NCBI GenBank assembly: GCA_964442125.1
Contig: CAYTWO010000004.1
Location: forward strand, 1-57,117
Length of the DNA: 57,117 nt
Source: an uncultured Gemmatimonadota bacterium
GTDB lineage: Bacteria; Gemmatimonadota; CAZMKB01; CAZNLH01
Reading direction: 5' to 3'
The notes under the pieces were generated by a model. That model searched no databases and was not told the origin of the DNA. It saw nothing but the letters and a program-made list of their open reading frames with translations. Below are positions 1 through 8,962 of the stretch, one piece after another (position 1 is the stretch's first letter; the number at the start of each line of letters is the position of its first letter). A program made the translations under genes and the position numbers.

Positions 1-53
1 ATCGCATCAAGATATCCGCACATTTCTTCCCGACATAATCGCTCAAATTAGGT
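1..53 (+). repeat. Right-end fragment of the ~170-bp MITE-like element, cut by the window edge
   Basis: Bases 1-53 (ATCGCATCAAGATATCCGCACATTTCTTCCCGACATAATCGCTCAAATTAGGT) are identical to 31339-31391 and near-identical to 1425-1477. Confidence 0.85.
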
Positions 54-97
54 AAAAGGAAACATTGAGAGGGATCCGGTCGTTTATAGGTGTGAAA

Positions 98-1231
98 TCA
101 TGGATACTTGACACATTTTATGATTCCACCTCCGAGAACTTGCTCCCCGGTATAGAAAACAGCGGATTGACCGGGAGTTATCGCCTCCTGTGGATTCTCG
201 AACCTGACACGAAGAACATCACTATCTTCAGGAAGGACGGTCGCCCTGCAACCAATGTGACGGTATCTAATCTTGACCTCGCAACGGAGCGGGAAATCCG
301 GCGGCTTCCCGAAAATCCAATTGTAAGACTCGACCTCGAAGTTGCTCGACAAGAGCTCCTCCTTACTCCCCACGACCAGGGTCCTGGATTCCGGGTGAAT
401 ATTGATTACGTATAGGGGATCACGACCGGAGATTCCTAACCCCCGTCTCTGACCGATGGTATAGAACGCCACACCGTTGTGACTCCCGAGTTCGTTCCCA
501 TCCCGCGTGACTATTCGGCCCGGCTGAAGGGCCGGATTCGAGTCCCCAGGGTGGTAAAGGAATTCGCGGTAATCGCCTTCCGGTATGAAGCAGATTTCCT
601 GACTGTCGGGTTTGTCCGCGACATCGATTCCGAACTTCCTTGCCAGTTCTCTGACCTCCGGCTTTGTTTTTTCACCGAGAGGAAATATCGTCCGGGATAG
701 GATCGGCTGGTCCAGGGTCCAGAGAAAATAACTCTGGTCCTTTTCCCTGTCGCAACCACGCAGTAAGGAAAGGTATTCGCCTTCATACCGTCGATTATCA
801 ACCCGGGCATAGTGACCGGTGGCGATCCGTTCTGTCCCCAGTTGATCACTTATCTTGATCATCCACGGAAAACGGATATGCTGGTTGCAGCGGATACATG
901 GATTCGGAGTTCGCCCACTGAGGTATTCCCCGGCAAAGTCGTCTACAACGTACTGCCGGAATTCTTTCTCAACATCTATGGTATAGTGGGAGATGCCAAG
1001 GTGATCACAGACCTTCCTGGCGTCTTCCAGGGATTCGAGAGAGCAGCAGTTTTTTTCGCCTTCCGGACTTTCTCCCTTTCGAAAACAGAAGTGTCTCATG
1101 GTCACACCGGTGACATCGTGACCTTCTCTGAGGAGTAGCGCAGCAGCGACAGAACTGTCCACACCGCCACTCATCGCAAGGAGTACCTTTTCCACCTTAT
1201 TAGATGAAGTTTTCTTAGTCTCTCTTTTCAT
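98..1231 (-). CDS. mnmA: tRNA-specific 2-thiouridylase MnmA
   Basis: 377-aa ORF with an N-terminal PP-loop (LAMSGGVDSSVAA). Conserved MnmA body motifs are present (NPCIRCN, ATGHYAR, KDQSYFL). Confidence 0.93.
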   Translation of the reverse strand: MKRETKKTSSNKVEKVLLAMSGGVDSSVAAALLLREGHDVTGVTMRHFCFRKGESPEGEKNCCSLESLEDARKVCDHLGISHYTIDVEKEFRQYVVDDFAGEYLSGRTPNPCIRCNQHIRFPWMIKISDQLGTERIATGHYARVDNRRYEGEYLSLLRGCDREKDQSYFLWTLDQPILSRTIFPLGEKTKPEVRELARKFGIDVADKPDSQEICFIPEGDYREFLYHPGDSNPALQPGRIVTRDGNELGSHNGVAFYTIGQRRGLGISGRDPLYVINIHPESRTLVVGSKEELLSSNFEVESYNWIFGKPPDFPLRCEVKIRYRHIGCRATVLPEDSDVLRVRFENPQEAITPGQSAVFYTGEQVLGGGIIKCVKYP

Positions 1232-1308
1232 CGGTTTAATCTCATTATCGACGGGTGTAAGATTTCTCTGGGATGGTTGTTATTCGAGAGCGTAAAGCCG
1301 TTTCATGG

Positions 1309-1477
1309 GTATAACCTAAGTTGAGCGATTTTCTCACTCGATCTGCACAGATCTCTTGCGCGCTAACTCTTTTCAAAAAGCCTCGACATACCCGCTGGGT
1401 ATGCCTGCGTTTTTTTCAAAGCTTATCGCATCAAGATATCCGCACATCTCTTCGCGACAAAACCGCTCAAATTAGGT
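1309..1477 (+). mobile_element. Full copy of the MITE-like element (archetype, non-autonomous)
   Basis: Left end is TATAACCTAAGTTGAGCGATT and right end is AACCGCTCAAATTAGGT, forming an imperfect ~17-22-bp terminal inverted repeat. An internal hairpin CATACCC-GCT-GGGTATG (1387-1403) is flanked by an A-run (1375-1379) and T7 (1410-1416). About 93% identical by eye to 31224-31391. Intergenic, with no coding capacity. Confidence 0.75.
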
Positions 1478-1575
1478 GTGAATTGAAATCTGGTGAACTT
1501 GCCTCAAAAGTCAAGGCCTGACACCTTTGTATCATCGAACGAGATTGAAACAAAGGGGTGATTGGTCGGCTATCC

Positions 1576-2808
1576 CTACTCATGCCTGAGGGCATCTATC
1601 GGGTGAAGTCGAGCCGCCTTCATTGCGGGGTATATACCGAAGAAAAGTCCGACGGAAAGCGATACCGAGAATGAGATGACGATCCATGGTAGAGAAGTGC
1701 TTGAAGGCAGCGGGGACAGGCTGTTGACAACGACACTGATCGCGATTCCGAACAGGATCCCGAAGATTCCTCCCGTTCCGGTCAGGGTCATTGCCTCGAC
1801 CAGGAACTGTATCAATATATCCTTCCTCCGCGCACCGATCGCCTTACGGATCCCTATTTCACGGGTCCGCTCCTTCACGGAGACTATCAGTACGTTCATG
1901 ACCCCTATTCCGCCTACAAGGAGACCGATCGAGGAGATGATGGTCATTGCGAGATAGATACCCTGTGTCAGTTGCTGATAGATTTCATTGAGTGTGTCCT
2001 GGGTGGAGAGGTAGAAGTTATCCGGTTCATCGTAAGTAACGCCACGGTGTCTTCTCAAGATAGATGTAGCTTCATCGATTGCCTGGACCATCGAATCTGA
2101 ATTTGCGGGCCTGAGTGCCAGGCCCAGCTCCTTTTCCTCTGGATGAAGCCTCTGATATGTCTTGTATGGAACAATGACCAGGTTATCCGGGTTGAATCCC
2201 AGAATTTCCCCTTTCTTCTCCAGTACCCCGACTACTAACAATTTGTAACCGTCAACCGTTATCGTCTTTCCCAAGGGGTCCAAATCAGGAAACAGTGCTT
2301 CGGCTGGATCGGCAGCGAGGACCGTAATATCGGTTCCATGCAGGATGTCCCCGTCCGTTATGAAACGCCCCGTCCTGAGTTCGACGTTCCTCACGTCGGC
2401 GTAGTCCGGGTATACACCCAGCAAAGGAGGAAGATTTGCCTCCCTGTCGCGGTATTTCACGGATGGGCTGAAGTAATAGTTCTCAGGGGAGACATATGCG
2501 ATTTTCCGCGAGTTTTGTTTGATAGCAATTGCCTCTTCGATTGTTATTGGAGGTCTCTGGCGTTCTTCAGCTGAACGTCTGCCTATATGCATACCCGGTC
2601 TGAGCCTGCTGACATAAATGACGTTTGACCCAAGCGATTGGATCTGTTGCGACATGCTGGTATTGAGTCCTTCGATAAGAGAGACCATTCCGACGACTGA
2701 AGTGATCCCTATGACGACTCCGAGGACAGTCAGAAATGAACGTAATTTGTGGCTCCATATCACTTCGATAGCGATTCGGGTTCCTTCCCTGACCTCATCG
2801 ATGTTCAT
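1576..2808 (-). CDS. ABC transporter permease, MacB/LolC-type (FtsX family)
   Basis: 410 aa. N-terminal TM (KLRSFLTVLGVVIG), large periplasmic domain, and C-terminal TM bundle with the EIGIRKAIGARRKDI motif typical of MacB/FtsX permeases. Last gene of the efflux operon. Confidence 0.9.
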   Translation of the reverse strand: MNIDEVREGTRIAIEVIWSHKLRSFLTVLGVVIGITSVVGMVSLIEGLNTSMSQQIQSLGSNVIYVSRLRPGMHIGRRSAEERQRPPITIEEAIAIKQNSRKIAYVSPENYYFSPSVKYRDREANLPPLLGVYPDYADVRNVELRTGRFITDGDILHGTDITVLAADPAEALFPDLDPLGKTITVDGYKLLVVGVLEKKGEILGFNPDNLVIVPYKTYQRLHPEEKELGLALRPANSDSMVQAIDEATSILRRHRGVTYDEPDNFYLSTQDTLNEIYQQLTQGIYLAMTIISSIGLLVGGIGVMNVLIVSVKERTREIGIRKAIGARRKDILIQFLVEAMTLTGTGGIFGILFGIAISVVVNSLSPLPSSTSLPWIVISFSVSLSVGLFFGIYPAMKAARLHPIDALRHE

Positions 2809-2810
2809 TT

Positions 2811-4085
2811 TTACTCCATGTGTAGCGCCAGAATCGGGTCCATTTTAGCTGCTCTGATTGCTGGAAATAGACCAAAGGATATCCCTACTCCACCAGAGAC
2901 CAGGATCCCTGCAATCACAGCCCATGGCTCGATACTCGAGGGGAGGGGAGAGTAATGGGAGACAATTTCAGCGATCCCCACCCCGGTAAGAATTCCGACT
3001 ATACCGCCTACGATTGCTATAGTAGCGGACTCTGCAAGAAACTGCCCTATGATGTCTGATCTTTTTGCCCCCACAGCTTTTCGAATACCGATCTCTTTGA
3101 TTCGTTCCGTAACGGAGACAAGCATGATGTTCATGATCACGATTCCGCCTATGAGAAGCGAAATTGAAGCTACCCCGATCATGACGAGATAAGCCATTCC
3201 AGTGAAATCCTGATATGTTTCAATCAGGGCATTTGTAGTGACGATACCGAAGTCATCTTTTTCGTCTATCTTCAGATCCCTTACCGCACGGAATATAAAC
3301 CGCACCTGGTCCTTGGTCGTCGCGAGTTCCTCACGCCCTTTCGCCTTTATGTGTATATCGATCGACTGGTTGGATCCGTAGAGTTTCTGGTAAAGGCTGA
3401 TCGGTATGATGATAAAATTATCGAGGTTTTCACCCAGGAATGATCCACGCTTCTCGTTCATGCCAATCACCGTGAAACGGTTCTTCCCGACCCTGATCTC
3501 CTTGTTGATTGGATCCTGGTAGGGAAATAAGACCTCCCTGACCTCATTACCTATCACACAGACGGGTCTCTTGTGAGCCTCATCGCTCTCTGAAAACATT
3601 CTCCCCTCTGCCAGTTTATAATCCCCGATCTCGATGAGGTTACTTGTTCCCCCGATGAGTTCAACATCATCGATGTAATCTCTCCCATACTTGACTTTTA
3701 TGGGACGGTTGATCGTGGCTCCAACTTCCCTGCAAAGTGAGCAGGTGTCCCTGAGCGGGTCCATCTGATCTATGGTGATCTGTTTCCGCTTTCTTGCCTC
3801 CATGAATTCTTCACGGCTCATGATGATACCGAATTTTGTGATGGTAAAGGAGTCATATCCGAAACTCGACAGTGTGCCGACTACATACCTGTTCATCCCC
3901 TCGATAATCGATACAACCGTGATCACCGTTGCCACACCTATGATTACGCCGAGGAGTGTCAAGAATGACCTCAACCGTCTCGACCAGAGGGACGATAGTG
4001 CGATAGAGATGCTTTCGATCGTGTTAATAAAGACAAAGCGGATTGCCGATATCGTACTTGCAACGAGGGGTTGCTTGTTGGTCAT
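2811..4085 (-). CDS. ABC transporter permease, MacB/LolC-type (second paralog)
   Basis: Same architecture as the neighbour (RLRSFLTLLGVIIG ... EIGIRKAVGAKRSDI). The ORF is open to 4181, but that overlaps the upstream ATPase. ATG at 4085 or 4127 is more plausible, so the start is uncertain. Confidence 0.85.
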   Translation of the reverse strand: MTNKQPLVASTISAIRFVFINTIESISIALSSLWSRRLRSFLTLLGVIIGVATVITVVSIIEGMNRYVVGTLSSFGYDSFTITKFGIIMSREEFMEARKRKQITIDQMDPLRDTCSLCREVGATINRPIKVKYGRDYIDDVELIGGTSNLIEIGDYKLAEGRMFSESDEAHKRPVCVIGNEVREVLFPYQDPINKEIRVGKNRFTVIGMNEKRGSFLGENLDNFIIIPISLYQKLYGSNQSIDIHIKAKGREELATTKDQVRFIFRAVRDLKIDEKDDFGIVTTNALIETYQDFTGMAYLVMIGVASISLLIGGIVIMNIMLVSVTERIKEIGIRKAVGAKRSDIIGQFLAESATIAIVGGIVGILTGVGIAEIVSHYSPLPSSIEPWAVIAGILVSGGVGISFGLFPAIRAAKMDPILALHME

Positions 4086-4110
4086 CAACCTTGTGCTGGG
4101 GGGCGGATGT

Positions 4111-4851
4111 TTATCCGGTGTGTTCATCACTCTCGACCTGCCCGTCAAGGAGGTGGATGACACGCTGAGCGAATCCGGCAATTACGTTTTCGTGTGTGAC
4201 GATGATGATCGTGTTGCCATCCTGGTGGAGTTTTTTGAAGAGCTCCATGATCTCATTACTTGTCTTCGAGTCTAAATTGCCGGTGGGTTCATCGGCGAGT
4301 ATTATGGAGGGATTGTTGATCAACGCCCGGGCAATCGCCACCCGTTGTCTTTCACCTCCAGACAGTTCGCTTGGTCTGTGATCTGTCCGATCCTGCAGGT
4401 CGACTATTTCGAGGGCTCCTCTCGCCCTTCTTTGTCTCTCCTTCACGGGGATGTGGCTGTAAATCAGCGGCATTTCCACGTTGTGGAGGGCGGTGGCTCG
4501 AGGCAGCAGGTTGAAAACCTGAAAAACGAAACCGACTTCCTGATTCCTGATGTGAGCGAGAGCGTCATCGTCCATAGCACTGACCGGCTTCCCATTGAGG
4601 TGGTAATCGCCTTTTGTTGGGCTGTCAAGGCAGCCAAGTATGTTCATGAGAGTCGACTTACCGGAACCGGAGGGTCCCATCACCGCCATGAATTCACCCC
4701 TCTCGATTTCGAGCGTGACCGACTGGAGGGCGTGGATAGTCTCGCTCCCCATCGTGTAGGTTTTCCATAGATCGTGCGTCTGGATGATGAAACCGTTCTT
4801 TTTCCCGCCGGTAGACGATTCTCCGTCTGTTCCGTTCATATTATTACCCAT
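4111..4851 (-). CDS. ABC transporter ATP-binding protein (MacB/LolD-like)
   Basis: Walker [10 protein letters not shown], signature [15 protein letters not shown], Walker [16 protein letters not shown] at 4851 is preceded by AGGGGA; a TTG at 4854 is an alternative start. Confidence 0.93.
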   Translation of the reverse strand: MGNNMNGTDGESSTGGKKNGFIIQTHDLWKTYTMGSETIHALQSVTLEIERGEFMAVMGPSGSGKSTLMNILGCLDSPTKGDYHLNGKPVSAMDDDALAHIRNQEVGFVFQVFNLLPRATALHNVEMPLIYSHIPVKERQRRARGALEIVDLQDRTDHRPSELSGGERQRVAIARALINNPSIILADEPTGNLDSKTSNEIMELFKKLHQDGNTIIIVTHENVIAGFAQRVIHLLDGQVESDEHTG

Positions 4852-4862
4852 CAAGGTCCCCT

Positions 4863-6074
4863 TTATCCTTCGGATTGGAGGTGCTCGACCGTCTTAACAC
4901 TGGAACTATCCTTGAGTGTCCGGATCGTCTTGAAGCTCCCCGTGATGACTCTATTATCCTCCTCGAGTCCGGATACCACCTCGATATTCATTCCGTCACT
5001 GATCCCCGTAATTACGGGGGTAAAGATGGCTTTTCCATCCGTGACCACGAAAACGCCTTCTTTCTCGATTTTCTCTTTAGTCTCTGATTGCTTGTCCTCG
5101 TTCCCATCAGTTTTCGGGATGGCTCTCATCGTCAATGCCTGGATGGGTATAAAGAGGGCGTTATCGCGGGTATCCGTTATGATATCTGCTGTAGTAGAAA
5201 GACCGGGCTTGAGGTTGTCCGGAGGGTCATGGAGATCTATCACGACCTTGAAATCAACCGCTTCATCTCCACCTGCTCCCAGACTCGATATGATGGGGCT
5301 GTTACCGATCTCGGATACTACTCCCTGAAAAATCGTGTCTGGATAGGCGTCTATTGTGACTTCAGCTTCCTGTCCGATTTCCACCTCAACGATATCGGTT
5401 TCATCGACTTTTATCTCGGCCTGCATCCGGGTCAGGTCGGAGATGGTCATAAGTACCGTCCCCGGGTTGTTCATAGTGCCTGTTACGGCGACCTCACCCT
5501 CCTCGACGTTCAGGCTTGTCACGATTCCATCGATAGATGAGTAGATCGATGTTTTCTCCAGGTTGGCGCTTGCGCTCTCGACCTGCGCCTTTGCTCGATT
5601 ACAACTGCTTTGAGCGACCCTGTATTCAGCGAGTAGCCGTTCGTACTCCTCCTGACTGATCAGAGTTTCTCCGGATTCTGAGGGCTCCTCCTGGTAAATC
5701 CTGCGAGCCCGCTGGTAGTTTGCCTCAGCGAGGGCAAGCTCTGCATCCGCCGAAGTTAGAGCTGCTTCTTCACGCTTGAGTGCCGCCTGGTATAGTTCGG
5801 GATCGATCACGATGAGGAGATCTCCCATCTCAACCCTGTCTCCTTCTTCCACGGGGATTTTTTTTATCTCCCCCATGATGTTGGAGCTGATATTAATGGC
5901 CTTGTGCGGGAGAATGTTCCCTGAAGCGGAAACGATTGACCTCAGCGGACCATGCTTCACGTTCTCAGCGGTTACTTCGATTTCATCAGAAGATCGCGTA
6001 AGGAAGATAACAGCGGTGACGGCAACGATAGTCACTATAGAAACAATAAATATGACCTTCGATTTCTTCTTCAT
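4863..6074 (-). CDS. Efflux periplasmic adaptor, HlyD/MacA family
   Basis: N-terminal anchor ([19 protein letters not shown]), coiled-coil hairpin region ([27 protein letters not shown]), and beta-barrel / membrane-proximal regions. ATG at 6074 is preceded by GGGAGA; the ORF is open to 6116. Confidence 0.85.
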   Translation of the reverse strand: MKKKSKVIFIVSIVTIVAVTAVIFLTRSSDEIEVTAENVKHGPLRSIVSASGNILPHKAINISSNIMGEIKKIPVEEGDRVEMGDLLIVIDPELYQAALKREEAALTSADAELALAEANYQRARRIYQEEPSESGETLISQEEYERLLAEYRVAQSSCNRAKAQVESASANLEKTSIYSSIDGIVTSLNVEEGEVAVTGTMNNPGTVLMTISDLTRMQAEIKVDETDIVEVEIGQEAEVTIDAYPDTIFQGVVSEIGNSPIISSLGAGGDEAVDFKVVIDLHDPPDNLKPGLSTTADIITDTRDNALFIPIQALTMRAIPKTDGNEDKQSETKEKIEKEGVFVVTDGKAIFTPVITGISDGMNIEVVSGLEEDNRVITGSFKTIRTLKDSSSVKTVEHLQSEG

Positions 6075-6174
6075 CCCATTCTCCCTTACATGGCTGGTTG
6101 GGTTACAAATAGACAAGACGGTATTATCGTACCAAAAGGTACCACTTACTAATCACTATTCACTACTAACTTCC

Positions 6175-6271
6175 GTCATTCCCGCGAGTGAAACGAGTCG
6201 GGAATCAATGATGTACCGATTCCGGACAAGCCGGAATGACCTCCCTCATAGCGAGCGTTCCCGATACGGGA
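6175..6271. repeat. REP-like cluster of short GC hairpins in the tolC-adaptor intergenic spacer
   Basis: ATTCCCG(6178-6184)/CGGGAAT(6199-6205); ATTCCGG(6219-6225)/CCGGAAT(6231-6237); outer GTCATTCC(6175-6182)/GGAATGAC(6233-6240); TCCCG-ATA-CGGGA (6259-6271). The unit ATGACCTCCCTC...GTCATTCCCGC recurs at 46715-46740. Confidence 0.6.
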
Positions 6272-7738
6272 TTAGTTCCTTAATTTGAGTCCAGTCGCAT
6301 TTTCGAGTGCTGCGAAGGAGGTGTTAAATTCAAGTATCTTGTTGATATGTTCTGTCTCTGCCTCTATGTGAGTCACCTGTGCGATCCTGAGGTCGAGAAG
6401 CGAAGATGAACCGAGCCGGTATCTTTCCTGCTCGAGGCGAAGGTTTTCACTCGACAGATGCCGGTTTTTCTCGGTGGTCAGGCTCTGCTGGTAGACGCTC
6501 TCCAGGTTAAGGATCGCCTCTTTCACCTCCTTTTCGATGAGTAGTTTCTTTTCCCGGATGTCATGGCGGTAGTTTTCGAGATCCACACGTGCTATCTTGC
6601 TGCTGCTGTGTCGGGAGAAACCGGAGAAGAACTGCCAATCAATGTTTAAGGCGTAACGTGTGTCCTCGTTTTCGGGTGAAAAGGTGAACGGGTCTACGCC
6701 CGAGCCCTGCTCACTCCGGAAGAAATATAGATCGAAAGTGAGATTGGGGAGATAGTTGGCGCGTTGAACCCAGATCTCCTTTTCTGCGGCTTCTTCCTTG
6801 GCGAGCAATCCCAGGAGGTCGGGGCGCCTGTTCATTGCTCCTGAAACAAGCTTCTGCTCCTCGAAAGAAGGCTCGATCGTATTGAATTCATCGATCATGT
6901 CGAATTCCACCTCCAGGGGGATGCCCATAAGGCGGTTCAGTTCCATCCTGGAGATATTGAGGTCGTTTTCTGCGGACATAAGGGCGTTTTCCTGATTTCC
7001 CTTGTCTATCTCGGCTTGCATAACATCAAGCCTTGTCACCGAACCAACCTCGTGCCTTGCCCTTGCCAGTCGCAGCTGTTCGTTTCGTTGTTCGAGGACT
7101 TCCCTGGCGAGCTCGACCAGTCTCTTGTTCGCTAGTACCTCGTAATATTGCCGGTGGATCTGGTAAACGAGCTCGAGTTCTGAGGAGGTGATGTCTTGTC
7201 TGGCAGCTTCTTTTTCGTTCCTCGCTTTCATCAGGTTGAATATGTTTCTACCTCCCTGGAAGAGTGATTCGCTTATCACTAACTGTCCTCCGGAAAACCG
7301 GCGCCTTCCCTCTGGGACTGGAATGACTCCAGGGGGAGTGATCAACGCACGGTGTCCTATTTCGCCCGTATCCTCGAGGAAGTGAGAGAAAGAAGTGTCT
7401 GCAGGGAAGGAGAGGGGGAATCTCGAGACCGATCCCTCTGGATTGACAAAGGTAGGGTTGAAGTAACGATCCTCAGATATACCGTATCCAAAATTAACCG
7501 ATGGAAGGAACTGGCCATACGAGGAGAGAAGATTGGCGGAACTAACTTCCAGTCCTCCCTGGACCTTCTGATGACCCGGATTGTGCCCGAGTGCGATCGC
7601 CACACAGTCGTCGAGGGAGAGTGTCTTGCCGATCTCATCGACGTCAAAGGCGATGAGCTCTATGCTTATGAAGCACAAGCCCAGAGATAGGATGATACCT
7701 CGAGCGATTATCTTCAGTGAAATTGTTTGTAGGGTCAT
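6272..7738 (-). CDS. TolC-family outer-membrane efflux protein
   Basis: 488 aa with an N-terminal signal/anchor. Two-fold repeated long alpha-helical/coiled segments are typical of OEP/TolC proteins. First gene of the operon with the adaptor and ABC components. Confidence 0.85.
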   Translation of the reverse strand: MTLQTISLKIIARGIILSLGLCFISIELIAFDVDEIGKTLSLDDCVAIALGHNPGHQKVQGGLEVSSANLLSSYGQFLPSVNFGYGISEDRYFNPTFVNPEGSVSRFPLSFPADTSFSHFLEDTGEIGHRALITPPGVIPVPEGRRRFSGGQLVISESLFQGGRNIFNLMKARNEKEAARQDITSSELELVYQIHRQYYEVLANKRLVELAREVLEQRNEQLRLARARHEVGSVTRLDVMQAEIDKGNQENALMSAENDLNISRMELNRLMGIPLEVEFDMIDEFNTIEPSFEEQKLVSGAMNRRPDLLGLLAKEEAAEKEIWVQRANYLPNLTFDLYFFRSEQGSGVDPFTFSPENEDTRYALNIDWQFFSGFSRHSSSKIARVDLENYRHDIREKKLLIEKEVKEAILNLESVYQQSLTTEKNRHLSSENLRLEQERYRLGSSSLLDLRIAQVTHIEAETEHINKILEFNTSFAALENATGLKLRN

Positions 7739-7791
7739 AGGTTCCTCTCCGTCTTAGATGAAAACAGGTTCATTAATCAGGCATGTTTATC

Positions 7792-8640
7792 TTACGGTTC
7801 ATCTGCAGAAATGTTTCTGATGATTTCATGCTCTGTTTGTATGTTACCTTCGCTTCTTCTGGCCCTGACGAGTCTCGATCCAACGAAAAAGGTGACGGCG
7901 GCCATGACAAGAATCCCCATGGGCAGATGGGCTTGCTCGTTCAACCAGCGAATATCATTGAGTGGAGTGAGGTTCATGACCAGAAGGATCAAAAGGTTGT
8001 TGGTCAGGTGAAAGATCGTAGATGCCAGGAGGCTGCATGCCTTTATGGCAATATAACCCATGATGAAACCGAGGACCATTGTGCCAAGCAACCGGTAAGG
8101 GTCGAGATGGAAAATTCCGAAGAGAGCCCCGGATAGAACAACAGCACCCGGTCGAGATACTTTTCCAATTGCCCCCTGGAGGATAATCCCCCGGAACAGA
8201 AATTCCTCACAGATTGCCGGGCTTACAGCAAATATGAAAGCAGCCTGGTGAATAGCCATCCTGTCCGAGATTGTAAAGAGTGCTCGAAGCATCTCAATAT
8301 ATTCCAGTGGAATGGGTATAAAATCGTTCTGGAATACCACAAGTTCACCGGTAAGGAGGATTCCGGAGATCGATATGAGGATCACCCCCAACGTGGTTTT
8401 CGGGGAAATCATAGTGATTTTCAGGTCTGCGATCGGTCTTATGCGGTAAAGTCGGATAAAGATCAAGCTGGGGATGAGGATGAAGATCCACTCTGAGATA
8501 AGGATCCCTTTCTCCACGGTATATCGGCTCAAGACAGGAGAAGACAGGATCAGAAGCGTCATTATGACGCTGAACAGAACGAGTGCAGGATAGAGTGACA
8601 CCCTCTTCCGAGACCCCGGCATATTCAAGTCATTGGTCAT
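7792..8640 (-). CDS. CPBP-family intramembrane glutamic endopeptidase (CAAX protease-like)
   Basis: Multi-TM protein with the CPBP motifs EEFLFRG, FGIFHL and FHLTNN. The ORF is open to a TTG at 8745. The ATG at 8640 was chosen and the start is uncertain. Confidence 0.75.
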   Translation of the reverse strand: MTNDLNMPGSRKRVSLYPALVLFSVIMTLLILSSPVLSRYTVEKGILISEWIFILIPSLIFIRLYRIRPIADLKITMISPKTTLGVILISISGILLTGELVVFQNDFIPIPLEYIEMLRALFTISDRMAIHQAAFIFAVSPAICEEFLFRGIILQGAIGKVSRPGAVVLSGALFGIFHLDPYRLLGTMVLGFIMGYIAIKACSLLASTIFHLTNNLLILLVMNLTPLNDIRWLNEQAHLPMGILVMAAVTFFVGSRLVRARRSEGNIQTEHEIIRNISADEP

Positions 8641-8751
8641 GTTGCCGCTTGTTCGTCTCTTCAATGTCCCTTGTTGTCTTGCTTCGATTTCTCTCTTTAC
8701 GTAGATTAATCTCATCTGGACCATGACATTGAGAATTTCGTACAACTAAAA

Positions 8752-8836
8752 CCGAGTTGAGCTGAAGGCCGAGCGCAGAGAGGACCTGCCAGCTCTAACT
8801 ATGTTGTCGAAGGCGGCATAAAGCGTCCGCTTTCGA
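8752..8836 (+). repeat. Two-hairpin ~88-bp miniature repeat (second family), stand-alone copy
   Basis: CCGAGTTGAGCTGAAGGCCGAG...TCGAAGGCGG-N10-CCGCTTTCGA aligns along its whole length with 29957-30044. Both copies fold into two hairpins. Confidence 0.65.
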
Positions 8837-8962
8837 AATGTAATATATTTATTTCTATCCAATCCAATTTATTGTTGCGGTCTATTGATCATGAATGGAT
8901 GGACGGTTTGTGCCGCTTTTCTATCTGTTCGGAAAGACATTTCAGATCTTTTATCTCGGGAA

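Noticed and set aside
65-415. A 116-aa plus-strand ORF lies at the window start.
   Set aside because: It lies antisense within the C-terminal part of mnmA, whose identity is secure. It has no motifs and no RBS.
1321-1521. A 66-aa ORF (MSDFLTRSAQISCALTLFKKPRHT...) has look-alikes at 31235-31468 and 29872-30123, which suggests a small conserved protein family.
   Set aside because: All three lie entirely within the MITE-like repeat copies. The similarity is nucleotide-level repeat identity. The frames run through the terminator-like hairpin and end at different points outside the element. There is no RBS.
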